64,000 bases of DNA, from NCBI GenBank assembly GCA_964401355.1, contig CAYNYJ010000002.1:6116-70115 (forward strand). The letters run 5' to 3'. How positions within the stretch are numbered: position 1 is the first letter of the stretch; each line of letters begins with the position of its first letter. The position numbers were made by a program, and so were the translations under genes. The notes beneath the pieces are model-generated. The model saw only the letters and a program-made list of their open reading frames with translations, was not told the origin of the DNA and searched no databases. The DNA is from an uncultured Ectothiorhodospiraceae bacterium (lineage in GTDB: Bacteria > Pseudomonadota > Gammaproteobacteria > SZUA-152). Shown in pieces: positions 1-9,802 of the stretch.

Positions 1-156
1 GTGATATAACATCGACAGAGTCGGGCAAGTGTGAGTGTTGAAAAATCAGATGTTGTGAATCAGTCTTTGCAATGTGTATCGGAACTTGTCGTTAGTATTG
101 TTTGTATTATCGATGATCCGCCTGAATCAAAAAGCTGGGTATTATGATGCAAGGGT

Positions 157-192
157 TCAAAGACAAGACCAGCGTCTTGGTTTTTTCGAATC
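157..192 (+). terminator. Rho-independent terminator-like hairpin (caagac-cagc-gtcttg followed by a T-run) at the end of an upstream gene
   Basis: Perfect 6-bp stem, 4-nt loop, then GTTTTTT read directly from sequence. Confidence 0.45.
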
Positions 193-288
193 CATGAACA
201 AATTAGAGTTTCTTTTGGTCTGTTTGTGAGATCATCCACTTTTTCCTGTTTCTATTATCGTTGCACATACGCGACAGCGAGTATTCCC

Positions 289-945
289 ATGAGTGATTAT
301 CAGCCGCCGGCCGACCAGGGCCTGTCGATCCTTTACTGTGATGATGTGTTATTGGTGGTGGATAAGCCTAGTGGCCTGTTATCGGTGCCGGGGCGAGGTG
401 CGGAAAAGCGGGATTGTCTGGTGTCGCGGCTACAGGTGGAATATGCCGATGCGCTGATCGTGCATCGTTTGGATATGGAAACCTCCGGGGTGATGGTGCT
501 GGCACGGAGCAAGGCGGTGCATCGCCAGTTAAGTTTGCTGTTTCAGCAACGTGAGGTGCAGAAACGTTACATTGCGGTAGTGGATGGCCGAATCCCCGAT
601 GCGTCGGGGCTGATCGATTTACCGTTGATTTGCGATTGGCCCAATCGGCCACGGCAAATCGTGGATCATGATCAGGGCAAACCATCCCGGACGCGCTTCA
701 AGGTGTTGTGGCGCAATGTCGAAGAAAGCACCACCCGGGTCGAACTCGAACCCGAAACTGGCCGTTCACACCAATTACGGGTGCATTTGCAGTCCTTGGG
801 TTACCCGATTTTGGGTGATCGGCTCTACGCGAATAAGCGGCAGCAGTCGAAAGCTCCCCGATTATTGCTGCACGCCCTATCTTTGGGCTTTGTGCATCCG
901 TTGACTGCTGAGCCTCTACGTTTCGTCTGTGATGCCCCGTTTTAA
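289..945 (+). CDS. rluA: RluA-family pseudouridine synthase
   Basis: The ORF contains HRLDMETSGVMVLARS (the catalytic Asp motif of RluA/RsuA pseudouridine synthases). At about 219 aa it fits RluA. Start placed at the internal ATG MSDYQ. Confidence 0.8.
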   Translation: MSDYQPPADQGLSILYCDDVLLVVDKPSGLLSVPGRGAEKRDCLVSRLQVEYADALIVHRLDMETSGVMVLARSKAVHRQLSLLFQQREVQKRYIAVVDGRIPDASGLIDLPLICDWPNRPRQIVDHDQGKPSRTRFKVLWRNVEESTTRVELEPETGRSHQLRVHLQSLGYPILGDRLYANKRQQSKAPRLLLHALSLGFVHPLTAEPLRFVCDAPF

Positions 946-1115
946 AAGGCTGCGGCCGGGAGCAGGCCAGGAAATAGTGGGATATAGCAGTAAATCACAG
1001 GCAAAAAAAAGCCCTGCAATATGCTCGGAGGAGGGGTGAGCAAGGAGTAGCAGGGCAAACAACAAACAATACGTTCTACAGAGGGGTTAGTAGAACTTGG
1101 GAAACAGTTTATCTT

Positions 1116-1149
1116 AGTTATAATATTAATGCCAACTAATATTATAACT
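1116..1149. promoter_or_regulatory. 13-bp perfect inverted repeat (AGTTATAATATTA-N8-TAATATTATAACT), candidate operator upstream of the glycerol cluster
   Basis: The palindrome is read directly from the sequence. It sits about 135 bp upstream of the FGGY kinase start, inside an AT-rich promoter-like region. Confidence 0.5.
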
Positions 1150-1285
1150 TTCTTGTGTGGCTTAAGCGGGACAGATAAGCCCTTTTCTATGTCGGACCGA
1201 AATGCAGCGTGGCTTGCCGCGGGGTTCCAGGGCTATACTTCACGTTAGTCCGCATTTTTTGTTGATCCGTGATTGGGGGAATGGA

Positions 1286-2884
1286 ATGGCAGCAGGGCGT
1301 GAAGAGCAAGGTAACCAGCCGGTGAATGTTGCTTCATCGCCTTTATTTCTTGCGATTGACCAGGGCGGTCATGCCAGTCGGGTGTTGGTGTTTGATCGCT
1401 TTGGCGAAAAGATCGTAGAAGCACGTTGGGTGGTGGCGGTACGGCATCCCCGGTCGGACTGGGTGGAACAGGATGCCGATGCACTGCTGCAGTCGGTGCA
1501 GTCTGCATTGGTCGAAGCCCTGGATCAACTGGGGGAACGGCGCCAGTTTCTGGTGGCGGCGGGGCTGGTCACTCAACGTTCCAACATCGTGTGTTGGGAT
1601 CGCAATACCGGGCGCGCGTTGTCGCCTGCCATCAGCTGGCAAGATCGGCGTGCGCAGCAGTGGATGCAAAACTTCGAGCCACAGCGCGCCACCATACGTC
1701 GTATCACCGGGCTAGTACCGTCTGCGCATTACGGCGTAAGCAAAATTCACTGGTGTCTGGAAAATCTGGCGGAGGTCAAAACCGCGCGTGCCCACGGCAG
1801 TCTGGCTATCGGCCCGCTGGCGAGCTTTTTGTTGTTTCGGCTTTTGCAACAACAACCCTTCGTGGTGGATGCAGTGAATGCCTCGCGCACGTTATTGTGG
1901 GACAGGACATCACGCAGCTGGTCTGCCGAATTGCTGACCCTGTTTTCGCTGGACGCCGATTATCTGCCGCGCAGCGTACCGAACCGGTATGAGTTTGGCA
2001 CCCTCAATGTTGCGGGTTGCATGATTCCGTTAACGGTGTGCAGTGGTGATCAGTCGGCGGCGTTGTTTTCCTTGGGAATACCAAAACCGGGGAGCGCTTA
2101 TCTCAACATGGGAACGGGTGCGTTTATGCAATGTTTGCAGGGGCAACAATCATTGCATAAAAAATTGCCCACACGCTTGTTGCAAAGCGTGGTGTGGGAT
2201 GAGGTCGGCACATCCTTGCAGGTATTGGAAGCCACGGTTAATGGTGCCGGGAGTGCCTTGGCCGTTATCGAAAAAGAAACGGGCATCTCTACGGAACAGT
2301 CTCAGCGCCATTGCGTACAGTGGTTGGCGGGCGCAAAAAATATTCCCTTGTACCTTAATGGTGTGGCCGGATTGGGCTCTCCATTCTGGGTGCCCGAGTT
2401 TGATTCTCATTTTGTGGTGAATGAAACGCTGGCGAGCAAAACCATCACGGCAGACCCGGTCGAAAAATGGGTCGCGGTGCTGGAAAGCATTGTGTTCCTG
2501 CTAAAGGTCAATTTGGAGGAGATGCAAAGCGAGTCGGTGGCCGTACAGTATGTTGTCATCAGTGGCGGCCTGTCGCAACTGGATGGTCTGTGTCAACGCC
2601 TGTCCGATGTCAGTGGCTTGCCGGTGATACGTCCGCAACAATGCGAGGCGACGGCCAAAGGCCTGGCATTTTTGTTGTTAAAAACCTTGTTAAAAACCTT
2701 GGCAAAATCTGCATTGCAGAACGTGGCGTCAGAAAAAGATTCGCCAGAAAAAATAGACCGGGAGTGGGACATGGGTGGTGCGGCCGATCATTTCGCGCCG
2801 GAAAAAAATACCGCGTTACGCGCACGTTACCGACAATGGCGTGTGGCGCTTGATGATGCGCTGCGTGAAAAGATACGTTCGTGA
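1286..2884 (+). CDS. FGGY-family carbohydrate kinase (glycerol-kinase-like) with a C-terminal extension
   Basis: N-terminal LAIDQGGHASRVLVFD matches the FGGY phosphate-1 motif (compare GlpK AIDQGTTSSR). The product is about 530 aa. The stop overlaps the GTG start of the next gene (GTGA). Confidence 0.7.
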   Translation: MAAGREEQGNQPVNVASSPLFLAIDQGGHASRVLVFDRFGEKIVEARWVVAVRHPRSDWVEQDADALLQSVQSALVEALDQLGERRQFLVAAGLVTQRSNIVCWDRNTGRALSPAISWQDRRAQQWMQNFEPQRATIRRITGLVPSAHYGVSKIHWCLENLAEVKTARAHGSLAIGPLASFLLFRLLQQQPFVVDAVNASRTLLWDRTSRSWSAELLTLFSLDADYLPRSVPNRYEFGTLNVAGCMIPLTVCSGDQSAALFSLGIPKPGSAYLNMGTGAFMQCLQGQQSLHKKLPTRLLQSVVWDEVGTSLQVLEATVNGAGSALAVIEKETGISTEQSQRHCVQWLAGAKNIPLYLNGVAGLGSPFWVPEFDSHFVVNETLASKTITADPVEKWVAVLESIVFLLKVNLEEMQSESVAVQYVVISGGLSQLDGLCQRLSDVSGLPVIRPQQCEATAKGLAFLLLKTLLKTLAKSALQNVASEKDSPEKIDREWDMGGAADHFAPEKNTALRARYRQWRVALDDALREKIRS

Positions 2885-3660
2885 AAGTGTCGTTGTCACG
2901 CCCATTGCTGATCGCACACCGCGGCTATAGCGCGTGTTATCCCGAAAATACCCTGGTCGGTTTGGAAGCCGCTTTGCGTGCTGGTACGCAGTATGTTGAA
3001 GTCGATGTGCATTTTACCGCGGACAGTGTGCCGGTGGTGTTTCATGATACGACGTTGACCCGAGTGACGGGCAGTGAAGGGCGTATTCAGGAAATACGTT
3101 TTGCGGCACTGAGCCAGTTGCGTGCCAGTGAGCCAGAACGATTCGGTGAACGTTTTTTTCAGGAGCCCGTGCCCAGTTTACAAGCCATGCTGGCGTTATT
3201 GGAACAATGGCCGGGTGTTACCGCCTTCATTGAAATCAAAACGGACAGCCTAAATTATTTTGGAGTGGATCATGTGGTGCAAGGCTTGATGAGGGCTTTG
3301 GCCGATTTTCAGAAGCAGTGCGTTTTGATTTCCTTTGATCATGGGGTGCTGGAAAGCGCGCGCAAGGCAGGCATGCAACGTATCGGCTGGGTGTTACACG
3401 ATTGGAATGCGGCTTCGTGTGCGCTTGCGCAAACCCTGTCACCTGATTTTCTATTTTGTAACGTGGAGAAAATCGGCGCTGAAGACCGCTTGTGGCCGGG
3501 ACCCTGGCAGTGGGCGTTGTATGACATCGTTGAACCCGATCTGGCTTTACGGTGGTTTGCGCGCGGCGCGGAATTGATTGAGACCTGGGACATCGGTGGC
3601 ATGTTGCGAGATCCACGACTTGCGATCGAAAATGTTGATGACTCATTCCCCGGAGAATAG
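2881..3660 (+). CDS. Glycerophosphodiester phosphodiesterase (GDPD family)
   Basis: LIAHRGYSACYPENTLVGLEAALRAGTQYVEVDVHFTADSVPVVFHD is the GDPD catalytic His-Arg / Glu-Asp-His signature. Confidence 0.8.
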   Translation: MKVSLSRPLLIAHRGYSACYPENTLVGLEAALRAGTQYVEVDVHFTADSVPVVFHDTTLTRVTGSEGRIQEIRFAALSQLRASEPERFGERFFQEPVPSLQAMLALLEQWPGVTAFIEIKTDSLNYFGVDHVVQGLMRALADFQKQCVLISFDHGVLESARKAGMQRIGWVLHDWNAASCALAQTLSPDFLFCNVEKIGAEDRLWPGPWQWALYDIVEPDLALRWFARGAELIETWDIGGMLRDPRLAIENVDDSFPGE

Positions 3661-4915
3661 CCACACGGAGAATAAATTTTATGACGTGCTGGTGATCGGC
3701 GCGGGTATTCACGGTGCCGGTGTTGCTCAGGCCGCGGCGGCGGCGGGCTACTCCGTGTTAGTGCTGGAGCAGGGGGCGGTGGCTAGTGGTACCTCCAGTC
3801 GCTCCAGTAAATTGATTCACGGCGGTTTGCGTTATCTTGAACACGGTCAGTTTTCACTGGTACGCGAGTGTTTGCGCGAGCGAGCGTTGCTGCTAAAACT
3901 GGCGCCGGGACTGGTGCAACTACGGCCTTTCTTCATTCCTGTTTATACGGATTCATCCCGCAACCGCTGGCTGATTCGTGCCGGACTCACACTTTATGCA
4001 CTGCTTGGTGGCGTAGGTCGTGATACCCGCTTCCGCAGCCTGCCACAGCGGGAATGGCAGACTCTGGATGGTTTGAAAACGGACGGGTTACGCACGGTAT
4101 TTCAATATTGGGATGCACAAACAGATGATCGCCAATTGACTCGTGCCGTGATGGCTTCCGCGCAAACATTGGGCGCGGAATTACAGCATCATACAGCATT
4201 TTGTTCTGCAGAACGCGTTGCCGACTCGCAGATCGGAGAGTGCTGGAAAATTCATTATCGCCGAAAAAATGTGACGGTGGCAGAAGATACCGGGCATGAA
4301 CATACCTGTACTGCCCGGGTGATGGTCAATGCCGCGGGCCCCTGGGTGAATAAGGTGCTGAAGAATTTTTCAGCAGCGTTTGTGCCTTTGCCTATCAATT
4401 TGGTGCAGGGCACACATTTGGTGTTAGAGGGTGAAGTTTCACGGGGCATTTATTATCTGGAATCCCCGCAGGATCAGCGGCCAGTGTTTGTGATGCCATG
4501 GCAAGTGGATAATAACACGGGCACCGGAAATGCCATTTTACTGGGTACCACAGAAACACGTTTTCAGGGCGATCCGGCCACGGTGCGATCTCAGTCCGAG
4601 GAGCAAAATTATTTGTTGGAAACCTACAGGCATTATTTTTGTGAAGACGTTAAACTGCTCAATACCTTTGCAGGGGTGAGAGTGTTGCCCGGTAGTGCCG
4701 AAGACACATCGTACGCGACACGCGCTCGAGAGACTGTCTTGCATCCCGACCAAGCGGACACACCCCACTTGATTACCGTGTACGGTGGCAAGTTAACCAC
4801 CTATCGATCGACGTCACAAAAAGTATTAGAAATGTTGGCGAATAGTCTGCCAAAATGCAACCCCGTGGCAGATACTCGCAGCCTTCCATTGGTGAATAAA
4901 TCAGAGATTCCCTAG
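3632..4915 (+). CDS. glpD: FAD-dependent glycerol-3-phosphate dehydrogenase (GlpD/GlpA family)
   Basis: YDVLVIGAGIHGAGVAQAAAAAGYSVLVLEQG...SSRSSKLIHGGLRYLE is the DAO-family FAD-binding pattern plus the GlpD signature. Its 5' end overlaps the GDPD 3' end. Confidence 0.75.
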   Translation: MLMTHSPENSHTENKFYDVLVIGAGIHGAGVAQAAAAAGYSVLVLEQGAVASGTSSRSSKLIHGGLRYLEHGQFSLVRECLRERALLLKLAPGLVQLRPFFIPVYTDSSRNRWLIRAGLTLYALLGGVGRDTRFRSLPQREWQTLDGLKTDGLRTVFQYWDAQTDDRQLTRAVMASAQTLGAELQHHTAFCSAERVADSQIGECWKIHYRRKNVTVAEDTGHEHTCTARVMVNAAGPWVNKVLKNFSAAFVPLPINLVQGTHLVLEGEVSRGIYYLESPQDQRPVFVMPWQVDNNTGTGNAILLGTTETRFQGDPATVRSQSEEQNYLLETYRHYFCEDVKLLNTFAGVRVLPGSAEDTSYATRARETVLHPDQADTPHLITVYGGKLTTYRSTSQKVLEMLANSLPKCNPVADTRSLPLVNKSEIP

Positions 4916-5091
4916 AGAAATACTATTGTTTTTATTTCTCGGTCCGAGATAATATTCAAGGCTCTTTAAAATAGGAATTCTATTTATTGAGTGACGAGTT
5001 TCGTTGCATATGGCGAAGCTACGTATTGGCGAAAGAATTTTAGCGGGATTGTTTATGGACGATTCGTGGAAGTTTTAGCACGCGCACGAGG

Positions 5092-6216
5092 TTATACGGG
5101 GGCGGTTGAGTGAGTGTGAAATAAATGCCAAAATTCAGCATTCGGCCAACGTTGTTCCGCCTGGTAATAATGGTGGCGTATTTTCTGATAATACCGATAA
5201 TCTGTTTTTATCGATTGCTCAGCACGGGGAAATCCGCTGTCGTCTCCCTGCAACTGTGCTTGCACAGCATAAGCTGCCATCATGCCGTTGTTTAGCGATT
5301 TCATAATGCCTGCCGATGTTATCGGATCATAGGTTGATGCCGCGTCACCAATGGCTATCCAGTTTTTTCCGCTAATCTTATCGAGTTGAAAACAGGGCAC
5401 ATTAAAAATTTTAAAGGAGTCGGGTTGGTAGTGTATCTGTAATATTTGTTTTGTTATTAGTATGGTTTTTTGCAATTGCTCAAACCAGGTAGAGATATTC
5501 CGCAGTTGCCGCTGTTTGATGATGGGAGCGGTCGAAGTAAAACTTAGTAACAAACGGTTTTCGGGTAAGCGGGCGGCATACCACCAACCTGTCTCACAAG
5601 CTTCTAAGTGAGTAAGTCGGGATACGGTTTGCTGTTTGTCATCGAGTTGAAATAGGGCGCTGATGCAAATTAACGGATGGTCGTGTTGTTTTTGGCTGTG
5701 TTGGCTGCGGGCAAATAATGCGTGTGATCCACTGGCATCAATGACCGTATCTGCCGTTACCTTTAGCAACGTGCCATCCGCGTGTTCCAAACTGATGTGA
5801 TAACCCTGTGCCGTCTGTTCCGCTTGTTTAAAATGGCATTGGGTTATCAAGTTGGCAGTACGTTGTTGAGTTTTATCGGCGAGTAAATGATTAAATTTTT
5901 GTCGATCGAGATGCCAGCCGTGGCCCAGTGGGCTGATGATACTATCGTTATAACCGCGTTTGTTGCTTCCCCAGTACGATACGCTGCCATAACATGGGTC
6001 ATGGTTTTGTTGCAAAAAGTCTTGATACAATTCCAGTTTCTGTAACAAGGGGCGGCAATTGGGTGGCAGGCTTTCACCTATTTGAAATTTTTTGTAATTG
6101 CCAGCCTCAACCACTAATACATCGGTGATGCCCAATTGCGATAATTTTATCGCGCAGCTACAGCCAGCAGGGCCGCCACCAATGATCACGCAAGCGTAGT
6201 GTTTTTCAGTGGTCAA
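5092..6216 (-). CDS. lodB: LodB/GoxB-like FAD-dependent flavoprotein (CTQ cofactor-maturation partner of LodA-type oxidases)
   Basis: CVIIGGGPAGCSCAIKL is a GxGxxG Rossmann motif. The C-terminal WIAIGDAASTYDPITSAGI is typical of halogenase/geranylgeranyl-reductase-like flavoproteins. At 374 aa and placed immediately downstream of the lodA-like gene, it reproduces the known lodAB arrangement. Confidence 0.7.
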   Translation of the reverse strand: MTTEKHYACVIIGGGPAGCSCAIKLSQLGITDVLVVEAGNYKKFQIGESLPPNCRPLLQKLELYQDFLQQNHDPCYGSVSYWGSNKRGYNDSIISPLGHGWHLDRQKFNHLLADKTQQRTANLITQCHFKQAEQTAQGYHISLEHADGTLLKVTADTVIDASGSHALFARSQHSQKQHDHPLICISALFQLDDKQQTVSRLTHLEACETGWWYAARLPENRLLLSFTSTAPIIKQRQLRNISTWFEQLQKTILITKQILQIHYQPDSFKIFNVPCFQLDKISGKNWIAIGDAASTYDPITSAGIMKSLNNGMMAAYAVQAQLQGDDSGFPRAEQSIKTDYRYYQKIRHHYYQAEQRWPNAEFWHLFHTHSTAPV

Positions 6217-6280
6217 AAATGATGCCGTAATTGATGAATGAATCCGGGTGGATATTGTCGCCTGGAAAACCTGCGGATGA

Positions 6281-8380
6281 TCAATTTTTTGGTGGATAGG
6301 TTTTATCAGTTACCTGATTGGGCCAGGCTTCAACCAGATTGCTTTTATCCTTGAGAAAATTACTGGCGACTTCCAAATAGTAATTCGGGTTGTATTCATT
6401 TTTATAGCCCTTAATTGCCGGCCCCTGAATCACGGTGCCGATGTTTTGCCAGTTATCCAATATATCGCGGCGTTGTTGATAGCGGCCGACGTTCATGGCG
6501 GGTAGGTTAAAGTTGTCACCTTGCTGTTGAATGGCTGCGGTGCCTTCGCCGCGTACAGAATAACGTTGTATGGGTAACTCGCCATTGTTCGCTACAAGAT
6601 CGTCAAATGTGTAAACCGCCACCGGGCGCTGAGCGGGCCAGGACCAAAATAAAGAGGTGTTTACATTGCCACTAAATACATTGTCTTCCGTCACGGCACC
6701 GCCGGGGTTGGGTGCTGGAGTATGAGTGGCACAGGAGTTGTAATCGGTGTGCCAGGGGATTGACATAAATTTGCACAGGTCGCCTGGTTCAACCGCATCG
6801 CTGCGTAATGGCGTATAACCTACGCCAAGAAAAGGGTTGGCGGTGGTGGCCTGACTGTAATCCATTGTTGCCTTGTTGATACGAAATGGGCCCACCGCCG
6901 GATTCGTCCAGTCCTGGTTGTACAGGTTGATATCCCGCACAATAAAGGTGAGGTCGATACCGGGACTAAAGCGTCCACCCAGGCAATTAAATAACACGGT
7001 TTTATCCAATGCCTCACCTGGCCCCAAGGGTAGAGATGAGGCTGCTTCACACAGACCGGCGCTCCATTGTTCCATAAAAAAATATTGGCTGTGGCTAAGG
7101 CTTAGAAAACTCTTGGCGGCATCACCCAATGACAGTGGCATTAATTTGCTGCCGACGGGGGCCGGTGAATTATCATTATTATTGGGGTTGCGAAGGAACG
7201 ACAGAATATCAATATTCGGCTTCTGTTCAGTTAACTGATCAAAATTTAAATGGCTCTTGATGGCTTTTTCCGGCAGATTGGTATTCCACATCTGTAAGGA
7301 CGCGGCACGCAAGGCGGGAAAAACATCATCATTAAAATAGGGTTTAAAACTTTTCTGATAAGCCTTGTTTTGATAGATCGCCGGGTTCAGGTTTAATTGT
7401 TCCAGCCAGGTGGTATACACATCATCCCATAGGCTCACGACATTTAAGGTTTGTGGTGCATAAGCCGGATCTGTGGCAACGACCCAGGCACTGTTTTTCA
7501 GTGTTCTGAAACTGCCGTCAGAAAATTTCAAGGTCGCCGTCACCGGCCCATCGGCGGTGTCATCCAACCAGTTATTATTATCCACATCGGCGTCAAGTTT
7601 GGCATTGGGGTCGGCATTCCCTTCGTTATCAAAACCACAGGCCTTACCAAATCCTCCTAATACCAGCAGTCGGCCAGTGTCTTCGATACGGAGGGAGCCC
7701 AGTGTGGTGATAGCTTCGCTGCCATTGGTGTTGCTCGTGGCATCTCCATCACTGCTAGGAAAACTGATGGGATAATCGGCTGCCACTACTTTTTGTTGAT
7801 CGGCGTCCCAATATGTTGCGGCGCTGGTTTTATCGAAATCAACCTGTTGAATGTCGTTGTGTATTGCGCGCGGTCCTGCATCGATGACCAGTTTTTTCAG
7901 CCGCTCTTTATCAGCAGGATCGGCTGAAGGAGGGAAATTGGGATTGCGTATCGGCGGAAAACCACCATTTTTGTATTGCTGGATGCCGGTGTTAGCGGCT
8001 TCATCTATTTCCCAGCAGTTGGCTTTTTTATTGGCCAGATGCACAGTCCAGATGATATCAACGACCTTTTTTCCATCTACCATGGAGTTAATGGTCACCT
8101 CGGTCCCCGCGTTACAAGGGTAGGTTGTTGCGTTGCTATTGTCGTACTGGTAGATACGAAATCGTGCGGCCTGCCGCTTCAGGCGGCCGTCACTATCACG
8201 TAGATCATCACTGGTGATGGTGGTGGTTTCGGTTCCGGGTTTTATCGGTAAACCACCGGTCAGTGTTGTATCGGTTTGTGGCATGCCAGCGCGAGTTTCC
8301 GGTGCCAAGTAATACTCTTTACTGTTACCGACACGGGCCATGCCGATTGCGGGATGGATGCGTAAGCTTGTGGTGCTCAT
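6281..8380 (-). CDS. lodA: LodA/GoxA-family cysteine-tryptophylquinone (CTQ) quinoprotein amino-acid oxidase (L-lysine-epsilon-oxidase / glycine-oxidase family)
   Basis: N-terminal LRIHPAIGMARVGNS, then IIWTVHLANKKANCWE, LRIEDTGRLLVLGGFG, IPWHTDYNSCATHT and FWSWPAQRP. These match my recollection of Marinomonas LodA (HPSIGVARLGN, EWTVHLANKKAAW, CPWQADFFNC, YWWPPQSPW). The product is 699 aa. Confidence 0.75.
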   Translation of the reverse strand: MSTTSLRIHPAIGMARVGNSKEYYLAPETRAGMPQTDTTLTGGLPIKPGTETTTITSDDLRDSDGRLKRQAARFRIYQYDNSNATTYPCNAGTEVTINSMVDGKKVVDIIWTVHLANKKANCWEIDEAANTGIQQYKNGGFPPIRNPNFPPSADPADKERLKKLVIDAGPRAIHNDIQQVDFDKTSAATYWDADQQKVVAADYPISFPSSDGDATSNTNGSEAITTLGSLRIEDTGRLLVLGGFGKACGFDNEGNADPNAKLDADVDNNNWLDDTADGPVTATLKFSDGSFRTLKNSAWVVATDPAYAPQTLNVVSLWDDVYTTWLEQLNLNPAIYQNKAYQKSFKPYFNDDVFPALRAASLQMWNTNLPEKAIKSHLNFDQLTEQKPNIDILSFLRNPNNNDNSPAPVGSKLMPLSLGDAAKSFLSLSHSQYFFMEQWSAGLCEAASSLPLGPGEALDKTVLFNCLGGRFSPGIDLTFIVRDINLYNQDWTNPAVGPFRINKATMDYSQATTANPFLGVGYTPLRSDAVEPGDLCKFMSIPWHTDYNSCATHTPAPNPGGAVTEDNVFSGNVNTSLFWSWPAQRPVAVYTFDDLVANNGELPIQRYSVRGEGTAAIQQQGDNFNLPAMNVGRYQQRRDILDNWQNIGTVIQGPAIKGYKNEYNPNYYLEVASNFLKDKSNLVEAWPNQVTDKTYPPKN

Positions 8381-8434
8381 AATAAGTCCTTTTTTATGGG
8401 CTGCTCCGTTAATTATGCGATGCTTTGTGAAGCG

Positions 8435-9727
8435 TTAACGTTCAACCGATACCACGTTTAAATAATTTTGCAACAGGATATGGCTGGTGCTGATATTTTT
8501 ACCCGGTAGCATATTGATGCCATCGTTGGTTTCAGTTATTGCCATGCTGTTGTGACAGTCAAAACAATTGTTTTCAGAGGCCACTTGCTGGGTAAAGGTT
8601 TCAATCACGGAATTCGACAGTTTGGTTGAACCGGTCAACAAACTTGAATCAGCTTGTGGATTCCAATTCGGTTTTAGCGCATCAATTTTGTTAAACCAAA
8701 TTGCCCCCACCTCCATATAATTGTGCCATACAGAATTCGCCGGTAACTGGCCTTGTACGCTCATATTAAGGCTGTCAATATTGTTCTGGTTGACGCTGGA
8801 ACCACCCCCTAGACGGTATTGACGACAAACATGGGTCACAGGTTTTAGTTGCTGGCTATTTTCATTAATGCTGATGATATTGGCATTGTTGGCATTACAG
8901 TCCGAGGCAGGACTGTTTGCACCGTAGAAGGTGTAATTTCGTTCCGCGACTTCATCACTGATGCCCAGCCCGCTAATCATATTTGGTGCATTATCCACGT
9001 GCTCAAAGGTGGCCCAGATCGCTTCAGGGTGTCCTGCCACCACTTCGGCAATATGAAAACCGACGAGTGCAACTTTGGCCGTAAAGGTTTTCGCGTCATC
9101 GGTAATGCCAACGCTGTTCCCGACTTTGGAAAGAAGTTTTAGCTCAGCGTTGGTGGTGTAATAACGGCTGGTATCTTCGTCTTCTTTTACAATCATCCAC
9201 GCCGCTTTCAACGACATGGCGCCAACTGTGAAATTCATATTGGCTGGAATTGTTTGCATACCCTGTGCTGTGTAGAGTTTTTCGGTGATGACAAAGTTAC
9301 GGTATTGGTCATTGATCATCATGCTGGTGTAGACCGCCCGGCCATTTTTATCGACCAGCAAACCATGAGAACCGGCCTGGTTGACGCCGCCTAAAATGTG
9401 TTTCTTCGGATTCTTGACTGCGGGGTTAATCGCGGCATCTGAGTAAAGACTCTCAAATCGTGCTTTACCATTGTTATCCAGCGTTGTTAGCCACAGAAAT
9501 TTCTGCCATGAAAACTGATGAAATACACAATTTGATGTGCTTTGAAAATTTTCCGCATCGGGTTTTTTAATGTCGTGTGAAAACCAGGTGGCGGGTGCCA
9601 AACAGGGTGTGTCATTACTGTCTTTTTGCTGGCTCAGCGTGACATCGCTACAGGCTATGGTGAAAGAAGCTAGTGCGCTTACCGCTATTAGCGGTACACC
9701 GGTTAGCCGCTGTGTCGGTTGTTTCAT
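8435..9727 (-). CDS. Secreted/lipoprotein-like protein of unknown function with a single C-terminal CXXCH (CFDCH) motif, first gene of the lodAB-containing gene string
   Basis: Signal peptide MKQPTQRLTGVPLIAVSALASFTIAC followed by SD (lipobox-like). CFDCH lies near the C-terminus. The gene is co-directional with, and 55 bp upstream of, lodA. Confidence 0.5.
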   Translation of the reverse strand: MKQPTQRLTGVPLIAVSALASFTIACSDVTLSQQKDSNDTPCLAPATWFSHDIKKPDAENFQSTSNCVFHQFSWQKFLWLTTLDNNGKARFESLYSDAAINPAVKNPKKHILGGVNQAGSHGLLVDKNGRAVYTSMMINDQYRNFVITEKLYTAQGMQTIPANMNFTVGAMSLKAAWMIVKEDEDTSRYYTTNAELKLLSKVGNSVGITDDAKTFTAKVALVGFHIAEVVAGHPEAIWATFEHVDNAPNMISGLGISDEVAERNYTFYGANSPASDCNANNANIISINENSQQLKPVTHVCRQYRLGGGSSVNQNNIDSLNMSVQGQLPANSVWHNYMEVGAIWFNKIDALKPNWNPQADSSLLTGSTKLSNSVIETFTQQVASENNCFDCHNSMAITETNDGINMLPGKNISTSHILLQNYLNVVSVER

Positions 9728-9780
9728 GGTTCCCTCCCGTGTGCGTATTGCTGCAAACGATGATTTTTTTTGCAGAATAG

Positions 9781-9802
9781 CTGCACTTTTCCTTAAGTGC
9801 AG
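9781..9802. promoter_or_regulatory. 8-bp inverted repeat CTGCACTT-N6-AAGTGCAG in the 5' region of the lod gene string
   Basis: Read directly from sequence. It lies upstream of the MKQPTQ start on the minus strand. Confidence 0.3.

Noticed and set aside
185-205. TTCGAATCC motif resembling a tRNA T-loop
   Set aside because: No acceptor or anticodon stem can be built around it. It is part of the terminator tail and promoter region upstream of rluA
1426-1992. 188-aa plus-strand ORF and other internal ORFs (1245-1669 minus)
   Set aside because: They are alternative frames inside the FGGY kinase gene. They are Gly/Ala/Arg-rich and have no start-site signals
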